Source of the DNA: Candidatus Limnocylindrales bacterium
GTDB lineage: Bacteria > Chloroflexota > Limnocylindria > Limnocylindrales > CSP1-4
Reading direction: 5' to 3'
DNA: 38,398 nucleotides
Assembly: GCA_036391495.1 (NCBI GenBank)
Contig: DASVZT010000063.1
Coordinates: 1-38,398 of the forward strand
Shown here: positions 1 through 8,206 of the stretch, one piece after another
Position numbering within the stretch: the stretch's first letter is position 1
Layout: every line of letters begins with the position of its first letter
Translations under genes and position numbers: made by a program
The notes under the pieces: generated by a model
Seen by the model: the letters and a program-made list of their open reading frames with translations, nothing else
What the model was told of the DNA's origin: nothing
Databases searched by the model: none

Positions 1-28
1 ACGGGACGGCCGGAGGGCTCAGCGACCG

Positions 29-1057
29 ATGCGCATCGCGACCTGGAACGTCAACTCGCTGAACGCGCGGATGGAGCGTGTCGAGGGCTGGCTCAGGGCG
101 GCACAGCCGGACATCCTGCTGATGCAGGAGACGAAGCTGGCTGATGACGCCGTCCCCGAGATGGCCTTCGGGATGCTCGGCTACGAGCTCGTCCACCACG
201 GAGAGGGCCGCTGGAACGGCGTCGCCATCGCGTCACGGGTCGGGGCAAGCGACGTGGTGACGAACTTCGGCGACGGACCGGTAAGGTCGAGCGCGCTTCC
301 GGCGGCCGGGGCCGGCGGTTCGGCGGCCGGGGCCGGCGGTTCGGCGGCCGGGGCCGACGGTTCGGCGGCCGGGGCCGGCGGTTCGGCGGCCGGGGCGGCC
401 GCGGCTTTCCAGGAGGAGGACTTCGACCCGTTCGACGAGGCCCGGATGGTCAGCGCGGTTTGCGGCGGCATCCGGGTCGTCAGCATCTACGCCCCGAACG
501 GGCGGATCGTCGGATCGCCCTTCTATGCTGGCAAGCTCGCCTGGTTCGAGCGTCTCGGGCGCTGGCTCGGCGAGGCCGCCGACCCTGCCCTCCCGCTCGT
601 CATCGGTGGCGACTTCAACGTCGCCCCGACCGACGAGGACGTCTGGGACGCAGCGGCGGTCCACGGCGGGACGCACGTCTCCCCGGCCGAACGCGAGGCC
701 TTCGGTCGCCTGCTCGCGTGGGGGTTGACCGACACGTACCGCCTGCTCAATCCCGGCGCGGTGGCGCGCTTCACGTGGTGGGACTATCGCGCGGGCAACT
801 TCCAGCGCAACGAGGGGATGCGGATCGACCATCTGCTGGCGACCGCTCCGGTCGCGGCCCGCGTCGTCGGGGCTGACATCGACCGAGAGGCGCGCAAAGG
901 AAAGCCCACCCCGTCCGACCATGCGCCGCTCTTCATCGACCTCGACGAGCCCGGAGCCCCGATCGACACCGGGTGGAGCGACGGCGCCGACGAACGGTTC
1001 GCCGCGCGCCGGGCGATCGAGACCGCCCGGCGCGCTGCCCGGGCGCGGCACGCGTAG
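29..1057 (+). CDS. xthA: Exodeoxyribonuclease III / AP endonuclease (EEP fold) with an in-frame Ala/Gly/Ser repeat insertion
   Basis: ATG ORF. N-terminal MRIATWNVNSLNAR...PDILLMQETK, mid IYAPNG, GGDFNVAP and C-terminal RIDH...PSDHAPL are hallmark ExoIII motifs. The (AAGAGGS)n block interrupts a surface loop. Confidence 0.9.
   Translation: MRIATWNVNSLNARMERVEGWLRAAQPDILLMQETKLADDAVPEMAFGMLGYELVHHGEGRWNGVAIASRVGASDVVTNFGDGPVRSSALPAAGAGGSAAGAGGSAAGADGSAAGAGGSAAGAAAAFQEEDFDPFDEARMVSAVCGGIRVVSIYAPNGRIVGSPFYAGKLAWFERLGRWLGEAADPALPLVIGGDFNVAPTDEDVWDAAAVHGGTHVSPAEREAFGRLLAWGLTDTYRLLNPGAVARFTWWDYRAGNFQRNEGMRIDHLLATAPVAARVVGADIDREARKGKPTPSDHAPLFIDLDEPGAPIDTGWSDGADERFAARRAIETARRAARARHA
301..400. repeat. 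21-bp tandem repeat (ggcggccggggccggcggttc), about 4.7 copies, in frame inside xthA
   Basis: Four near-identical 21-mers read directly at 301, 322, 343 and 364, plus a partial copy. They translate to AAGAGGS repeats. Confidence 0.9.
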
Positions 1058-1064
1058 GTCCGCG

Positions 1065-1526
1065 ATGCGGACGAAGCTGCGGCCGGAGGACCTCGGCGAC
1101 TTCCTGGAGCGGCCCGAGTGCGCGATCCTCGGCGTCCACCTCGCCGACGGCGGCATCCTGCTGCGGCCGGTCTGGTACGAGTGGCGCGACGGCGCCATCG
1201 TCTTCACGACGGACAAGCAGGATCGCAAGCTGCGTTGCCTGGCGGCGGATCCGCGCTGCAGCGTGACGGTGGTGGAGGACGAGTGGCCGTACCGGACGCT
1301 GGAGGTGCGCGGGACCGCGTCGTGGACTCGCGACGGATACCGCGAAGCGGCGAAGCGCATCTTCTCCCGGTACTTCCCGCGCGGGGATGCGGAACGATAT
1401 GCCGAGGCGTTCGACGTCGAGGAGAGTCCGGGGGTCGTCGTCACCGTCGCGCCCGGCATCCTGACCGTCTTCGACTACCTCGACGAGAGGCCCGCGGGCA
1501 CCCGGGCCGGCGACAGGACCGGCTGA
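1065..1526 (+). CDS. Pyridoxamine 5'-phosphate oxidase (PPOX) family / F420-type split-barrel protein
   Basis: ATG at 1065, 8 nt after the xthA stop. Sequence ...ILGVHLADGGILLRPVWYEWRDGAIVFTTDK...VTVVEDEWPYRTLEVRG resembles PPOX class F420-dependent enzymes. The listed ORF start at 921 overlaps xthA and is unlikely. Confidence 0.6.
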   Translation: MRTKLRPEDLGDFLERPECAILGVHLADGGILLRPVWYEWRDGAIVFTTDKQDRKLRCLAADPRCSVTVVEDEWPYRTLEVRGTASWTRDGYREAAKRIFSRYFPRGDAERYAEAFDVEESPGVVVTVAPGILTVFDYLDERPAGTRAGDRTG

Positions 1527-1566
1527 CGGCTCGCGCGGCCGGCTGACGACAGCGGCGGCCGGCTGA

Positions 1567-3321
1567 CTACTCGAGCGTCACGCTCTGCCGCCAGGCCGGG
1601 ATCGTCGTCTCGAGGCCGAGGGCGTTGATCTTCGGTTCGATGGCCGCCTGTGCGTCCGGGTCGCCGTGGACGATGAAGACCTGCTTCGGCCATCCCGGGT
1701 CGCCGGCCTTCTTGCCGTTCGTGAAGTTGCCGATCCAGGCCAGGAGCTCCGACTCGTCCGCGTGGGCCGAGAAACCGCTGATCGAGCGCACCTGGCAGCG
1801 GACGTCGCGGTCCTGGCCGTCGATCCGGACCTTCGTCGCCCCCGCCTGGAGATGCGCGCCGAGCGTGCCCTGGCCCTGGTAGCCGACGAAGAGGAGCACG
1901 GCGGCGGGGTCGTCGATGAGGTCGCGCAGGTGACCGAGGACACGCCCGCCGGTCAGCATGCCGTTCGACGCGATGATCATGTACGGCCGCGGCGCCCTGG
2001 CGATCGCCTGGGACTGCCGGATGTCGGACGTGACCGTCTGCTTCGGGTAGTCGAGAGGCGTCGCGCCGATGTCGAGGAGCTTCCTGGTCTCGGCGTCGAA
2101 GTACTCCGCGTGGCGCCGGTAGATCCCCGTCGCCTTCGTCGCCATCGGCGAGTCCAGGTAGAGGGGCAGGAGCGGGATCGCGCCGATGTCGATGAGGCGG
2201 TCGAGCGCCCAGACGAGCTCCTGCGTGCGCCCGATGGCGAACGACGGAACGAGCAGGACGCCCTTGCTCTCGTCGACGAGGCGGACGATCTGCGTGAGCG
2301 TCGCGATCGCCTCCTGCTGCGGCTCGTGCTCCCGGCCGCCGTAGGTCGACTCGACGAGGAGATAGTCGGCGTCGGTGACGACCGTCGGGTCACGGATGAT
2401 CGGCGTGTTCGGCCGTCCGAGGTCGCCCGAGAAGACGATCCGTGTCGGCGTGGCGCCGTCGCCCTCCGAGACGGACAGCCTGATGATGGCCGAGCCGAGG
2501 ATGTGGCCGGCGTCGACGAACGTCGCGCTCACCCCCGGCGCGACATCGATCTCCTGGTCGTACTCGACGGGCCGGAACTGGTCGAGCGACCGGCGTGCCT
2601 CGTCCACCGTGTAGAGAGGCTCGTCGAGATCGACCTCGAGCTCCGGCGGCTGGCGCCGCAGCTCGGCCTCCGCGTCGACGTCGGGATGGCCCGAGCTCGC
2701 CGCGTGGGGGAGGTCGGCGCGAAGCCGGGCATCGGTCACGCCGGCACCCGCAGCCGTAGCACCGGCACCCGCGTCGGCGCCGGGCGCCGGCTCGACGAGG
2801 GCGGGCCGCGGGGCACGGGCGGCGACGGCCGGGGCGAGACCCGCCACGGGCACCGCGACGCGAGGGTCCTCCTCCAGCACGATGGGGACGGACGCGCCGG
2901 CCTCGGCGAGGCCGACGGCCGCTTCGAAGTGCTCCTGCTCTTCGCGGTCCTCCTGCGCCGCCCTCTCCGGATGCCGTCGCTCCCAGCGCGACTCGCGCTT
3001 GACGAACTCCTGCTGGAGCTTCCCGGAGTCGAGCAGGACGAGCTGGGCGAGCTCGCACGTGCCGGCCGTCGCGTAGATCGGCCCCGAGAAGCCCTCGGCG
3101 ACGACGTGGGGGATGAGGCCGCAGTGATCGAGGTGAGCGTGCGTCAGAAGGATCGCATCGACGTCGTGAGGGTCGTAGGCGAGCGGGACGCGGTTACGGA
3201 TGCCCTCGTTCGGGCCGCCCTGGAACATCCCGCAGTCGATGAGGACCCTCGCACGCTCCGTCACGAGCAGGTACTGCGACCCGGTGACGGTCGTCGCGGC
3301 GCCGAGGAAGTGGAGCTCCAT
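1567..3321 (-). CDS. Metallo-beta-lactamase / beta-CASP family hydrolase (RNA-metabolising MBL type) with a roughly 120-aa low-complexity insertion
   Basis: N-terminal MELHFLGAATTVTGSQYLL...IDCGMFQG, the HxHxDH motif (THAHLDHCG), a later FSGDLGR segment and C-terminal GFSAHAD are typical of beta-CASP MBL proteins. Confidence 0.8.
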   Translation of the reverse strand: MELHFLGAATTVTGSQYLLVTERARVLIDCGMFQGGPNEGIRNRVPLAYDPHDVDAILLTHAHLDHCGLIPHVVAEGFSGPIYATAGTCELAQLVLLDSGKLQQEFVKRESRWERRHPERAAQEDREEQEHFEAAVGLAEAGASVPIVLEEDPRVAVPVAGLAPAVAARAPRPALVEPAPGADAGAGATAAGAGVTDARLRADLPHAASSGHPDVDAEAELRRQPPELEVDLDEPLYTVDEARRSLDQFRPVEYDQEIDVAPGVSATFVDAGHILGSAIIRLSVSEGDGATPTRIVFSGDLGRPNTPIIRDPTVVTDADYLLVESTYGGREHEPQQEAIATLTQIVRLVDESKGVLLVPSFAIGRTQELVWALDRLIDIGAIPLLPLYLDSPMATKATGIYRRHAEYFDAETRKLLDIGATPLDYPKQTVTSDIRQSQAIARAPRPYMIIASNGMLTGGRVLGHLRDLIDDPAAVLLFVGYQGQGTLGAHLQAGATKVRIDGQDRDVRCQVRSISGFSAHADESELLAWIGNFTNGKKAGDPGWPKQVFIVHGDPDAQAAIEPKINALGLETTIPAWRQSVTLE

Positions 3322-3359
3322 GGCGCGAGTGTGCCACGTGCGCGGTTGCCTGCCAGGGC

Positions 3360-3460
3360 GGGACTGCGGACGTCGCCGGGACGGCGGGCAGCGCCGGGAC
3401 GGCGGGCCTGGCGGGCAGCGCCGGGACTGCGGGACTGCGGGCAGCGCCGGGACTGCGGGG
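3360..3460. repeat. Degenerate GGGAC(T/G)GCGG repeats (6 copies, 9/18-bp phasing) in a divergent promoter region
   Basis: Copies read at 3360, 3378, 3396, 3423, 3431 and 3449. They lie between the minus-strand start at 3321 and the plus-strand start at 3524. Confidence 0.8.
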
Positions 3461-3523
3461 CGCGAGGGCGGCCGGCACCCGGCTGGCCCTACGCGCGCCA
3501 GGCGCGCCGTCTACGATCGGCCG

Positions 3524-4186
3524 ATGCGCGATCGCTTCCTCTCGACGGCCATCCTGCCGAGACTGCCCGGACTCCTCGTGGGCCTCGTCGTGTTCGGGCT
3601 CGGCATCGCCCTCATGGCCCAGGCGGGACTCGGCCTCGGCCCGTGGGAGGCCTTTCACCAGGGGATCGCGAGGCTGACCGGGCAGGAGCTGGGCACGGTC
3701 AGCATCGTCGTGGGCATCCCGATCCTCGCCCTCTGGTGGCCGTTGGGTCAGCGGCCCGGCATCGGGACCGTCCTGAACGTGGCCCTGATCGGCAGCTCGA
3801 CGAACGTCGCCATCGCGCTCATCCCCCACCCGACCGAGCCCGTGGCACAGTTCGCGATGATGCTCGCGGGCGTCGTCGTCATCGGCATCGGGTCAGGGCT
3901 GTACCTCGGCGCCGATCTCGGACCGGGACCACGCGACGGCGTGATGACCGGGCTCCATCGCCGTTTCGGCTGGTCGATCCGGCGCTCGCGCACGACGATC
4001 GAGCTGTCCGTCCTTGCCGTCGGATTCGTCCTCGGTGGCAGCGTCGGCTTCGGGACCATCGCCTTCGCGTTCGGCATCGGGCCGATCGTCCAGTGGGCGC
4101 TGGGGCGCTTCGACCAGACGGGTCGGGCGTCGCATCGCCGCGAGATCCGCATCCTGGACGAGACGCCCGGATCGGTGGGTGAGTAG
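3524..4186 (+). CDS. YczE-like integral membrane protein (COG2364-type)
   Basis: ATG at 3524, in frame with ORF 3200..4186. Multiple hydrophobic helices. GLGIALMAQAGLGLGPWEAFHQG resembles the YczE-family N-terminal motif. Confidence 0.6.
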   Translation: MRDRFLSTAILPRLPGLLVGLVVFGLGIALMAQAGLGLGPWEAFHQGIARLTGQELGTVSIVVGIPILALWWPLGQRPGIGTVLNVALIGSSTNVAIALIPHPTEPVAQFAMMLAGVVVIGIGSGLYLGADLGPGPRDGVMTGLHRRFGWSIRRSRTTIELSVLAVGFVLGGSVGFGTIAFAFGIGPIVQWALGRFDQTGRASHRREIRILDETPGSVGE

Positions 4187-4608
4187 GCCGGGGCGCCGGT
4201 GGGCGAGCGGCCGGGGCGGTCAGACCGGGCGGGGGGAGCGCCTGCGTCGGCGCGCACCAGCACCCTGAGCGCGTCGATGTCGGCGATAGCGTCATCTGCG
4301 CGGGTAGGCGAGCCATAGAGCCTTCCAGCGGGGCTTCGAACCCCCGCCTGGAGCCCTCCCGCCATGCCCGCGACGCTGACCGAGCGCTCGAGACGCGTCA
4401 TTCGAGCACGGTCCGAACGGAGAGCGACCGCGCAGGGGACCAGCCGCGCAGGAGCGGGACCGCCCGACGCGGCTTACCGTCTCGTCTTGCGCTCAATGTG
4501 TCGCTGCCACCGACGCACTGGCGGCCAAGGCCGCGTGTCCGACCGCGCCGCGACGCATGAACTCCGCGGCGCCGAGGATGCCGGCGCCGGCCGATACCGG
4601 GCCGGCCG

Positions 4609-6633
4609 TCAGCCGATCGGGATGAGGACGAGCGCGTCGACCGCGACCGCGACGAACAGCAGGGTCAGGTAGCTGATCGAGTACTTGTAGAGACGGATCG
4701 CCTCGGCGGTCGACTGTTCCGGCGATTCGCCCTGGCGCCACAGGATCCACGCTCGGTACAGGAACACCGCGCCGAGCACCGCCGCGGCAACGAAGTAGAT
4801 CGCGCCCATCCGCGCAACTGCCCAGAGGATGAACGAGATCGCGACCATGAGGATCGCGTAGAGGAGGATCTGGCGACTCGTCTCCGGGATGCCCTTGACG
4901 ACCGGCAGCATCGGGACGCCCGCCGCTGCGTAGTCGCGCCGGATCCGGAGCGACAGCGCCCAGAAATGCGGGGGCGTCCAGTAGAAGACGAGGGCGAAGA
5001 GGATGAGTGCCGGGATGCCGACGGAGCCCGTCACCGCGGCCCAGCCGATGACCGGCGGCAGGGCCCCCGCCGCGCCGCCGATGACGATGTTCTGCGGCGT
5101 CGAGCGCTTGAGGACGAGCGTGTACACAACGACGTAGAAGGCGATGGCCAGGAGCGCGAGGAACGCCGCCAGGAGGTTGACGAAGTAGGCGAGGACGACG
5201 AAGGAGATGACGCCGAGCCCGATTCCGAAGACGACGGCGTTCTCGGGCGGGACCTCGTGCGCCGGGAGCGGGCGCCTGCGGGTCCGCGACATGAGCTCGT
5301 CGATGTCGCGGTCGATGTAGCAGTTGATCGCGTTGGCGCTGCCCGCCGCCAGGGTCCCGCCGACGAGCGTCCAGACGGCCAGCCACGTCCAGTCCACCAG
5401 CCGGATCCCGGGCACCTGGCGCGTCGCCAGCACCATCGCCGGGACGGTCGTCACCAGGAGCAGCTCGATGATGCGTGGCTTCGTCAGCGCGACGTAGGCG
5501 CGGATGGTGTCCTTGACCGTCGCCGGTGTCGGTGTCGTCGCGGTGTCGCGAGCCTCGACATGCCGACCGCCACCCCCGCCCGCGAACGGCCGTGTCCTGG
5601 CGTCGTAGTAGCTCACGACCGCCATGCCGAGCGTCGCGGCCCAGATGATCGCGCCGAGCGCGAGGTGGAGCGTCAGTGCCCACGGCGCCAACTGCGTGAG
5701 AACCTGCAGCCCGCCGATGAGCGCCTGGATCGGGAACAGCACGCCGGCGACCAGGGCGAGGCGACGGACCGTGTCGTTCTGCTGCGTGCGATAGGCGACG
5801 ACAGCCGTCCCGACCACGATCAGCCCGACGACGACGGCGACCCAGCGATGGAGGACGTGCGTCGTCGTGAGGGCCGTGAGCGGCGGGAAGGCGCTGCCGC
5901 CCATGAGCGGCCAGTCGGGGAAGACGAGCGCGGCCTCGACACCCCCGGCCGTGACGTTCGAGCCGAAGAGCAGGAGCGCGAAGGTCGACGCGGCCGCGAA
6001 CGCGGCGAGGAGCGTGAACCGCTGGCTCGCCCCGCGACCGCCGAAGCGAGCGGGGTAGCCGCTGCGCACGAGGATGTAGACGAGGAGTCCCAGGTCGGCC
6101 ATCGCGCTGGCGAGGTGCGCCGTGACCGACTCGCCCGAGTTGTTGAGGCGGACGGTCTCGCGGCCGAGCCACGCCTGGAAGCCGACGAGGACGATCGCCA
6201 GGAGCGACGGCCACAGGAGCGAACGGCGGTCGCGATGATCGACGAAGGCGAGGACCGCGACGCCGAGCACCATGAACCCGAGCACGGCGGCGATCCCGCG
6301 GTGGATCCACTCGAGCCACGCCTTGTAATCGCCCGGGGACGGGACGAGCTGGCCGTGGCAGAGTGGCCAGTCGGGGCAGCCCATGCCCGCGTCGTACGCC
6401 CGGACGATCACGCCCATCGTCACGAGGGCGAACGTCGTCACGAGCGTGGCGAGGGTGAGCTTCTGGAAGCGGGTCACGAACCCTCCTGGAGGGGACGCGT
6501 GCGGCACTCTGCGAACGTGCGACCGGACCGCACGCTCGGCCGTCGTCGGGAGAGCCGGACCGCCCGAACGACTGGCGGCCATTCTAGCGCGGAGTCGGCC
6601 GAGCACCATCCGGGCGACCATCCGGGCGACCAT
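4609..6633 (-). CDS. ctaA-ctaB: Fused heme A synthase (CtaA/COX15, N-terminal) and protoheme IX farnesyltransferase / heme O synthase (CtaB/COX10, C-terminal)
   Basis: N-terminal half: CPDWPLCHG..., WIHRGIAAVL, HVLHRWVAVV (CtaA-type His/Cys motifs). C-terminal half: YVALTKPRII, NCYIDRDID..M.RT..RPL, FYWTPPHFWAL (UbiA-type heme O synthase motifs). One uninterrupted ORF. The start is uncertain: 6633, or 6582 at MAAS. Confidence 0.85.
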   Translation of the reverse strand: MVARMVARMVLGRLRARMAASRSGGPALPTTAERAVRSHVRRVPHASPPGGFVTRFQKLTLATLVTTFALVTMGVIVRAYDAGMGCPDWPLCHGQLVPSPGDYKAWLEWIHRGIAAVLGFMVLGVAVLAFVDHRDRRSLLWPSLLAIVLVGFQAWLGRETVRLNNSGESVTAHLASAMADLGLLVYILVRSGYPARFGGRGASQRFTLLAAFAAASTFALLLFGSNVTAGGVEAALVFPDWPLMGGSAFPPLTALTTTHVLHRWVAVVVGLIVVGTAVVAYRTQQNDTVRRLALVAGVLFPIQALIGGLQVLTQLAPWALTLHLALGAIIWAATLGMAVVSYYDARTRPFAGGGGGRHVEARDTATTPTPATVKDTIRAYVALTKPRIIELLLVTTVPAMVLATRQVPGIRLVDWTWLAVWTLVGGTLAAGSANAINCYIDRDIDELMSRTRRRPLPAHEVPPENAVVFGIGLGVISFVVLAYFVNLLAAFLALLAIAFYVVVYTLVLKRSTPQNIVIGGAAGALPPVIGWAAVTGSVGIPALILFALVFYWTPPHFWALSLRIRRDYAAAGVPMLPVVKGIPETSRQILLYAILMVAISFILWAVARMGAIYFVAAAVLGAVFLYRAWILWRQGESPEQSTAEAIRLYKYSISYLTLLFVAVAVDALVLIPIG

Positions 6634-6636
6634 TCG
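6606..6636. repeat. 12-bp tandem repeat (ccatccgggcga), about 2.6 copies, at the annotated 5' end of ctaA-ctaB
   Basis: Read directly. It gives MVARMVARMV if translated, which makes the true start codon ambiguous. Confidence 0.8.
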
Positions 6637-6692
6637 GCTGCGCTCGGCTGGCCCGGGCGACCGCTCGGCCGCGCTCGGCTACGCTGTCGGAT

Positions 6693-7733
6693 ATGCGGAT
6701 CACATCCACGCTCGACGCCTCCGTCCACCGCCGCCTGCTCGCCATCGCCGCCGCCGTTGCCCTGGGGGCCGCGGCCTGCACCGGCTCGGGCGCGTCGACC
6801 GCCCCGTCGGATACCGCGAGCCAGGCGGCATCCTCGTCCGGCACCTCCGCCCCGGGTGGAACCTGCCAGACGGCCCCCGCCCCGGCAGCCGACCTCCCGG
6901 GCTGGCCCGCACCGGGGACGGTCCCGTCGACCTCGGTCTTCCCGGTCATCGTCTCGTCCGAGCAGATCTGCGGGAAGAACCGCTTCCTGTTCTCGTTCCT
7001 CGACAAGGCGAACACGCCGCAGGCCGCTCCGGATCGAACGGCCACGGTCGCGTTCTTCGATCTCGGGCGAGATCCGTCGAAGGCGGTCGCGAGCGCCACG
7101 GGCACGTTCCTCTGGGCGATCCAGGGATCCCGCGGCCTGTACGTCGCGAACGTCGAATTCACGGAGGCGGGCCAATGGGGCGCCGAGTTCACGACCGCCA
7201 AGGCCGGCGGCGCGCCGGAGACCGTCCGCGTCCGCTTCGACGTCAAGCCGAGCGGCGCGCCCGTCCCGGTCGGTGGTAAGGCCCCGTCGGTCAGGACGCC
7301 GACGCTGGCCGACGTCGGCGGCGACGTGGCGAAGATCTCGAGCGATCCGAAGCCGCGCTCGGCCTTCTACGAGACGTCGGTCGACGCGGCGCTCGCGGCG
7401 CACAAGCCGTTCGTCCTGATCTTCGCGACGCCCGCGTTCTGCACGAGTGGCCAGTGCGGCCCGACGCTCGACATCATCAAGGGTGTCGCCGACGCGGAGC
7501 CGACGATGACGTTCATCAATGTCGAGCCATACAAGTTGACGTTCGCGAACGGGCACCTGCAGCCGGTGCTCGACTCGGGCGGGAACCTCCAGCCGGTCGA
7601 CGCGACGAACGCCTATGGGCTGCTGAGCGAGCCGTGGATCTTCGTCGTGGATCGGAACGGCATCGTGACGGCATCGTACGAGGCGATCGTCGGCGCGGAT
7701 GAGCTGAAGGCGGCGGTCGACGCGGTGAAGTAG
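6693..7733 (+). CDS. Secreted thioredoxin-fold lipoprotein (TlpA/SCO-like), a possible oxidase-maturation factor
   Basis: Signal peptide with a lipobox-like LGAAAC. C-terminal PFVLIFATPAFCTSGQCGP...PWIFVVDRNGIV resembles a redoxin/thioredoxin-like fold. Divergently adjacent to ctaA-ctaB. Confidence 0.55.
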   Translation: MRITSTLDASVHRRLLAIAAAVALGAAACTGSGASTAPSDTASQAASSSGTSAPGGTCQTAPAPAADLPGWPAPGTVPSTSVFPVIVSSEQICGKNRFLFSFLDKANTPQAAPDRTATVAFFDLGRDPSKAVASATGTFLWAIQGSRGLYVANVEFTEAGQWGAEFTTAKAGGAPETVRVRFDVKPSGAPVPVGGKAPSVRTPTLADVGGDVAKISSDPKPRSAFYETSVDAALAAHKPFVLIFATPAFCTSGQCGPTLDIIKGVADAEPTMTFINVEPYKLTFANGHLQPVLDSGGNLQPVDATNAYGLLSEPWIFVVDRNGIVTASYEAIVGADELKAAVDAVK

Positions 7734-7778
7734 ACGCGGTGCCGTCGCGACGTGGGGGCCGCGGGCCACGTCGCGGCG

Positions 7779-7833
7779 GGCGGTCCAGCGGGGCATCGCG
7801 GGCGGTCCAGCGGGGTATCGCGGGCGGTCCAGC
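7779..7833. repeat. 22-bp tandem repeat (ggcggtccagcggggcatcgcg), about 2.5 copies, intergenic
   Basis: The core ggcggtcc recurs at 7779, 7801 and 7823. Confidence 0.85.
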
Positions 7834-7842
7834 CCCCAGGTC

Positions 7843-8078
7843 GTTGCAGCAAACGCAACCAAGCGAGCCCCGAGCGACGGGACGTCGCCCAGGCCGCCAG
7901 TCTCACGGGTCGATGGCGAGCTCGCTGCACACCCTGCGGTCCGCCATGCTCCTTTCGGCGCTCTGCAAGCCATGTCATCGGTGCCGAGCGGCGGATCACC
8001 CGCGCTCGGAGCGTGCCGACGACCGACTGCGGCCCGGTGGCATGGCGAGGGGCTGCCATGGTTGCGTTTGCCGCAACG
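7843..8078 (-). ncRNA. Candidate structured non-coding RNA (unknown family) in a convergent intergenic gap
   Basis: An 18-bp closing helix (7843-7860 with 8061-8078), plus nested helices (GGGCCGCAGUC/GACUGGCGGCC; GUCGUCGG/CCGAUGAC) and a strong hairpin (CCGAGCGCGG-GUGAU-CCGCCGCUCGG). Two non-Watson-Crick positions are G-U on the minus strand but A-C/C-A on the plus strand, which favours minus-strand transcription. No convincing CDS in the gap. Confidence 0.3.
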
Positions 8079-8089
8079 ACCCTGACGCC

Positions 8090-8166
8090 CGCGCCGGGCG
8101 GGGGACGGGCCGCGCCAGGCGGGGGCGGGCCGCGCCGGGCGGGGGCGGGCCGCGCCGGCCGGGCCG
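8090..8166. repeat. 20-bp tandem repeat (cgcgccgggcgggggcgggc), about 3.5 copies, intergenic
   Basis: Read directly at 8090, 8110, 8130 and 8150. Confidence 0.85.
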
Positions 8167-8206
8167 GACGAAGACGGGCCGCCGACGGGCCCTCAGGGCC
8201 CGACCC

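Noticed and set aside
1666-4182. Very long alternative-frame or antisense ORFs: 1666..4182 (838 aa), 4966..7419 (817 aa), 30971..33553 (860 aa), 32394..34772 (792 aa), 26867..28351 (the upstream part of the corrinoid ORF), 19989..21665, 6474..7973 and 4493..6319.
   Set aside because: They overlap ORFs that carry clear family motifs. Their translations are Arg/Pro/Gly/Ala-dominated with no recognisable motifs. This is the expected shadow-ORF behaviour when stop codons are rare in very GC-rich DNA.
4325-4352. tRNA-like T-arm on the minus strand (GGGGGTTCGAAGCCCC) in the 420-bp convergent gap 4187..4608. It could be a tRNA gene, a tmRNA end or an att-site remnant.
   Set aside because: I could not find a complementary acceptor 5' strand, a D-arm or an anticodon arm at the required distances, and there is no CCA or discriminator context. 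At most it is a fragment. tRNAscan-SE or ARAGORN would settle it.
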